Part shown: positions 28,779 to 32,505 of the stretch, in pieces
Position numbering within the stretch: position 1 is the stretch's first letter
How the letters are laid out: each line of letters begins with the position of its first letter
From: an uncultured Moraxellaceae bacterium
GTDB lineage: Bacteria > Pseudomonadota > Gammaproteobacteria > Pseudomonadales > Moraxellaceae
Direction of reading: 5' to 3'
Length of the DNA stretch: 32,505 bases
Assembly: GCA_937928295.1 (NCBI GenBank)
Contig: CALEYY010000167.1
Location: forward strand, 1 to 32,505
Notes under the pieces: model-generated
Told to the model about the DNA's origin: nothing
The model's database searches: none
The model's input: the letters and a program-made list of their open reading frames with translations, nothing else
Made by a program: the position numbers and the translations under genes

Positions 28779-29987
28779 ATGGCCTTGCTCCCGGTCGATG
28801 ACGCTCTGGCGCAACTGCTCGCCGCTGCCGGCCAGCGTGTCGCAGCGCAGCCGCTGCGGGTCGAATCCGTGCCCTTGCTCGATGCGCTAGGCCGCATTCT
28901 GGCCAACGATGTCATCGCCCCGATCAATGTGCCGCCCGAGCGCAACAGCGCTATGGACGGCTATGCCTTTCGTTTGGCAGATGCACTTACCGCACCGAGC
29001 TTGCCGATTAGCCAGCGCATCCCCGCCGGCCATGCGCCGCAGCCTTTGCAGCCCGGTACGGCCGCACGCATCTTCACCGGTGGCGTATTGCCCAATGGAG
29101 CCGATACGGTAGAGATGCAGGAAAACTGTCACGCTGACCACGATCGAGTGCAGTTTCTGCAGCCGCCTCGGCTTGGCGCAAACATTCGTTTGGCGGGTGA
29201 GGACATTGCGTTCGCTAGCACCGTGCTTACCGCAGGGACTAAACTGGGGCCGGCGCAGCTTGGCCTGCTCGCCTCACTGGGTGCTGCTCAAGTCACCGTT
29301 TTTCAGCGTTTGCGCGTAGCCCTGTTTTGCACGGGTGATGAACTGATCGCGCCCGGCGGTAATCTGCGGCCTGGTCAGCTCTTTAATAGCAACGAAACCC
29401 TGCTGACAGCCCTACTGAAGCAACAGGGCTGCGATGTTTTGGCTATGCCTGCTGTTGCTGACAACCTTGCATCGACACAGCAAGCGCTAACGCAGGCTGT
29501 TGCGCGCGGGGCTCAGCTTATCGTGAGTACGGGCGGTGTGTCTGTCGGCGAAGAAGATCACATGCGCGCCGCTGTGCAGGCGGAAGGTCAGCTTGATCTC
29601 TGGAAAGTGGCCATCAAGCCGGGTAAACCATTGGCTTTTGGGCATGTTCAGGGAGTGCCATTTATTGGCTTACCTGGAAATCCCCAGTCAGTCTGGGTGA
29701 CTAGCCAAGTTTTGGCATTGCCATTTATTCGTTGCTTGCAGGGTGATGTCAGCAAGCCCTTATCGCTGAGTATTGCTGCTGGCTTTGAGCGCTTGCAGCC
29801 ACAAAGCCGCCGTGAGTACATACGCGTCCGGGCGGTTACAGATGATCAAGGCCGGATGCAATTACAGGCACACCTTAAACAGGGTAGTGGTGTGCTGTCG
29901 TCGGCCGCTTGGGCGGATGGACTGGCGCTGGTGGAGGCTGAAAGTAGGGTGGAAATGGGGATGTTGTTGAAGTTCTATCCTATTTAA
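28779..29987 (+). CDS. moeA: Molybdopterin molybdotransferase
   Basis: Motifs SAMDGYA, RIFTG, GED, TGDEL, TGGVSVGEEDH, IKPGKP, LPGNP and QGSG. Confidence 0.93.
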   Translation: MALLPVDDALAQLLAAAGQRVAAQPLRVESVPLLDALGRILANDVIAPINVPPERNSAMDGYAFRLADALTAPSLPISQRIPAGHAPQPLQPGTAARIFTGGVLPNGADTVEMQENCHADHDRVQFLQPPRLGANIRLAGEDIAFASTVLTAGTKLGPAQLGLLASLGAAQVTVFQRLRVALFCTGDELIAPGGNLRPGQLFNSNETLLTALLKQQGCDVLAMPAVADNLASTQQALTQAVARGAQLIVSTGGVSVGEEDHMRAAVQAEGQLDLWKVAIKPGKPLAFGHVQGVPFIGLPGNPQSVWVTSQVLALPFIRCLQGDVSKPLSLSIAAGFERLQPQSRREYIRVRAVTDDQGRMQLQAHLKQGSGVLSSAAWADGLALVEAESRVEMGMLLKFYPI

Positions 29988-30019
29988 TACAAAAGGGCAC
30001 CGAAGTGCCCTTTTGTATT
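29986..30019. terminator. Bidirectional intrinsic terminator between moeA and the beta-barrel gene
   Basis: AATACAAAAGGGCAC-CGAA-GTGCCCTTTTGTATT perfect 15-bp inverted repeat between convergent genes. Confidence 0.88.
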
Positions 30020-30031
30020 TTGCATCAAGGT

Positions 30032-30619
30032 TTAGAAGGTGTAACGACCACCTACTCTCAGGGTATCAAGATCAACATCTGCTCCGAAACCTTCATCGTT
30101 CAGATTTGCCATTCGGTATTCAACAAACGCTGAAATTTGCTTGTCGATTGCGTATTGCGCGCCGACTTCATATTCCATGCCGGCCAGCTCATCGACATCG
30201 GTATAGCCAATGCGTGCCGTAAGACTTACTTTGTCGATTGGGCTAATGCTGGCGTGCGCATTGAGAGAGTGGCCGCGCAGTGATGCGCCTAGGCCGCCAT
30301 CGTTCAGGTCAACACCGACAGTCTCCAAGCCAGCGCCAACATTGATGTTGTGGCACTTCGTGTCATAACTGAGGCCTATACGCGTCTCACGAAGATTTGC
30401 ATCAGCGTCCTTGAGCTCTGCATCCTGATAAAGCGCTGTCAGACTAACACCTTGTCCTAACGCGGCTTGGCCACGAAAGCCGACACCATTGCCATCATCA
30501 TCAGGGCCGCCAGCCGAGATATTTTGGTCAACATAGAAGACATCCAGTGAGCCACCGGCAAAAGCGGTTATTGGGCTTAGTACAATTGCGACAGCCAACA
30601 GGGTTTGCTTCAGCATCAT
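30032..30619 (-). CDS. Small outer-membrane beta-barrel protein
   Basis: Sec signal (MMLKQTLLAVAIVLSPITAFA), alternating beta-strand pattern and C-terminal LRVGGRYTF BAM signal. GGAG RBS. Confidence 0.8.
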   Translation of the reverse strand: MMLKQTLLAVAIVLSPITAFAGGSLDVFYVDQNISAGGPDDDGNGVGFRGQAALGQGVSLTALYQDAELKDADANLRETRIGLSYDTKCHNINVGAGLETVGVDLNDGGLGASLRGHSLNAHASISPIDKVSLTARIGYTDVDELAGMEYEVGAQYAIDKQISAFVEYRMANLNDEGFGADVDLDTLRVGGRYTF

Positions 30620-30695
30620 GAGGGTTCTCCAAATGGCCCACGCACTGTGGGAGTGCATGATTTGTGCTCTATGCAACACAAAAGTGCAACAAAAT

Positions 30696-30715
30696 ATGTT
30701 TCAGGACTGAAACAT
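30696..30715. promoter_or_regulatory. Palindromic putative operator in the divergent OMP promoter region
   Basis: ATGTTTCAG-GA-CTGAAACAT perfect 9-bp inverted repeat. Confidence 0.45.
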
Positions 30716-30804
30716 TTGCGATGAGTGGTCGCTTTTTGGGCGCAAACGGGGGGTTTCGTATACTTTTTGAAATAAATATTTTCTGTTGCGTAAACCATCT
30801 GAAA

Positions 30805-30860
30805 TTGTCACCAATCCGTCACATTTCTGACGCCGCCTTGTCATCTTTGCTGCTAATAAT
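30805..30860 (+). promoter_or_regulatory. Putative Pho-box/OmpR-family array plus -10 element upstream of the porin
   Basis: TTGTCAC (30805), CCGTCAC (30816), CTGACGC (30827) and TTGTCAT (30838) at exact 11-bp period. AATAAT starts after a 10-bp gap. Confidence 0.5.
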
Positions 30861-30921
30861 CCGCCTCAAGTTGTGGCACGCCACGGCTCTTATTCAATAA
30901 ATGGTCTTTGGAGACTTGAAA

Positions 30922-32040
30922 ATGAAGCGTAGTCTGATTGCACTGAGCGTTGCCGCTGCTGTTCTTGCCCCGGCCGCTGAAGCCGCCCCTAAGGTTTACG
31001 GCAAGCTGAACCTTTCTGTTGAAAGTTTCAAGGATTCGATTACACCCACAAACGATACTTCGCGTATTGTTTCAAATGCGTCGCGCTTTGGTGTGAAAGG
31101 CGAAGATGAACTGACAGCTGAACTGAGCGCCATCTACCAAGTCGAATGGGAAGTCAAAGCTGACAGCTCGGATGCCCCCTCCAGCAGTGCCAGCAGTGCG
31201 CCGGCAACGGCAGCCAACAAAACCAACTTTGACCTGACGGCTCGCAACCGTTTCGTCGGCTTGAAGCACGCCACTTACGGTCAGGTGAAGATCGGTCAGT
31301 TCGACTCCTACTTGAAGCTCTCTGAAGGCGAAGCTGATCTGTTCAATGACTACTATGGCGATATGCAAAAGGTAATGGTCGGTCAGAATCGCCTGAAGAA
31401 TGTAGTTGCGTACATGTCGCCTGTCATTGAAGGTTTGGCTTTCAATGTGCAGTACCAGACCAAGGATGCTGGTGGTGTTGACGCCCCGGCAACAACAGGC
31501 AAGAAAGGCGGCAAGTCCGCTTCGTTGAGCTATACCAACGAAGAGCTGGGCCTGTATGCAGCACTGGCGGCTGATCGTGGTGTTGCCAGCAAGGGTGCAG
31601 CCTACAACGGTACGGGCAGCACTTTTGGTGGCAGCGACTTGCAGCGTGATAGCGAGCGCGCAGTGGTCACCTTCAAGACCGGTGACTTGATGCTGTCGGG
31701 TGTTTATACCCGCAGTCAGCTGACCGATGAAGCCGTGAGCACGATTACGGCCAATACAGCCACTACAGGCGTTCTGATTGGCAACAAACAGGAAGAAGCC
31801 GGCTACTCCTTGGGTGCTGCCTACAAGATCGACGACAGCACGCTGAAGGTTCAGTACGGCAAGGGTGAAGCCAAGGACAATGATGCTGAAGTTCGCACCA
31901 TTTCGGCTGGCTACGACTACAACTTCACCAGCAAAACTAAAGTGTTTGCCTTCTACACCAAGCTCGATGGCAAGAACTCTGTTGGTGCCGATGTTGCTGA
32001 CCAGCGCGTTGTGGCTGCCGGTATCGAACACAAGTTCTAA
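30922..32040 (+). CDS. Gram-negative general porin (Porin_4 type)
   Basis: Signal peptide, PKVYGKLN, SNASRFGVKG.DEL, YQVEW, RNRFVGL, YDYNF.SKT and C-terminal GIEHKF. GGAG RBS. Confidence 0.92.
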   Translation: MKRSLIALSVAAAVLAPAAEAAPKVYGKLNLSVESFKDSITPTNDTSRIVSNASRFGVKGEDELTAELSAIYQVEWEVKADSSDAPSSSASSAPATAANKTNFDLTARNRFVGLKHATYGQVKIGQFDSYLKLSEGEADLFNDYYGDMQKVMVGQNRLKNVVAYMSPVIEGLAFNVQYQTKDAGGVDAPATTGKKGGKSASLSYTNEELGLYAALAADRGVASKGAAYNGTGSTFGGSDLQRDSERAVVTFKTGDLMLSGVYTRSQLTDEAVSTITANTATTGVLIGNKQEEAGYSLGAAYKIDDSTLKVQYGKGEAKDNDAEVRTISAGYDYNFTSKTKVFAFYTKLDGKNSVGADVADQRVVAAGIEHKF

Positions 32041-32063
32041 GTCAGAACGCCTGTTCGTTGTCT

Positions 32064-32091
32064 GAAAAAGAGCCCTTCGGGGCTCTTTTTC
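32064..32091 (+). terminator. Intrinsic terminator after the porin
   Basis: GAAAAAGAGCCC-TTCG-GGGCTCTTTTTC. Confidence 0.9.
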
Positions 32092-32219
32092 GTTGCTACG
32101 GCTCAGCCACCAACCGGCAACGACTCCCCGCTGGCGAGCGCTCGTGATAACATCCTGTCCCGTCTTTGTACCTGCTTTCGGCGGGTGCGCCGTGATCACG
32201 CAAGCTGTCTGGAAAGTTC

Positions 32220-32505
32220 ATGACCAAATTCATTTTTGTCACTGGTGGTGTGGTGTCTTCGCTGGGCAAGGGCATTTCTGCCGCCTCGCTGGCCGCCATT
32301 CTGGAAGCTCGCGGTCTCTCGGTCACCATGATCAAGATGGACCCCTACATCAATGTGGATCCGGGCACCATGAGCCCGTATCAGCACGGCGAAGTCTTCG
32401 TGACCAGCGATGGTGCCGAGACTGACCTCGACCTCGGTTATTACGAGCGCTTCCTGCGTCACGGCAAAATGACCAAGAAGAACAACTTCACTTCTGGTCG
32501 TATTT
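32220..32505 (+). CDS. pyrG: CTP synthase, 5' part (runs off the window; absent from the ORF track)
   Basis: Manual translation gives [19 protein letters not shown]...[38 protein letters not shown]. Confidence 0.96.
   Translation, partial: MTKFIFVTGGVVSSLGKGISAASLAAILEARGLSVTMIKMDPYINVDPGTMSPYQHGEVFVTSDGAETDLDLGYYERFLRHGKMTKKNNFTSGRI

Noticed and set aside
31072-32199. 375-aa minus-strand ORF
   Set aside because: Antisense shadow of the porin, which has the signal peptide, RBS, terminal Phe and terminator.

Overview
This is mostly a housekeeping chromosomal segment from a GC-rich gammaproteobacterium. The gacS/barA-cysM-exonuclease-rlmD-relA order suggests Moraxellaceae/Pseudomonadales (inference). 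In order, it holds: a TatD nuclease with an anomalous 5' end, a patatin lipoprotein, an FMN glutamate-synthase-family protein, a thiolase, YchJ, a small AAEAP-repeat lipoprotein, a degenerate GGDEF membrane protein, ppc, a TauE exporter, olsB-olsA, an OYE oxidoreductase, tRNA-Leu(TAG), a DUF1289 protein, SirB2, an OmpA lipoprotein, a beta carbonic anhydrase, a dGTPase, an SDR, a short GacS/BarA-like hybrid kinase, cysM, a PolB-like exonuclease, rlmD, relA, mazG, moaA-moaB-moeA, two divergent outer-membrane beta-barrel genes and the 5' end of pyrG. I found no CRISPR array, integrase, transposase or phage genes, and cannot support a clearly new multi-gene system. The best leads are (i) matching 11-bp-phased Pho-box-like arrays upstream of both olsBA and the porin, (ii) moaA overlapping mazG in the relA operon, (iii) a GGDEF protein predicted to be catalytically dead but with an intact RxxD site, (iv) a composition shift starting inside moeA next to the porin locus, and (v) an AlaRS-like/TatD chimera at the window start that is probably an assembly artefact. 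All family calls come from motif recognition, with no database search.
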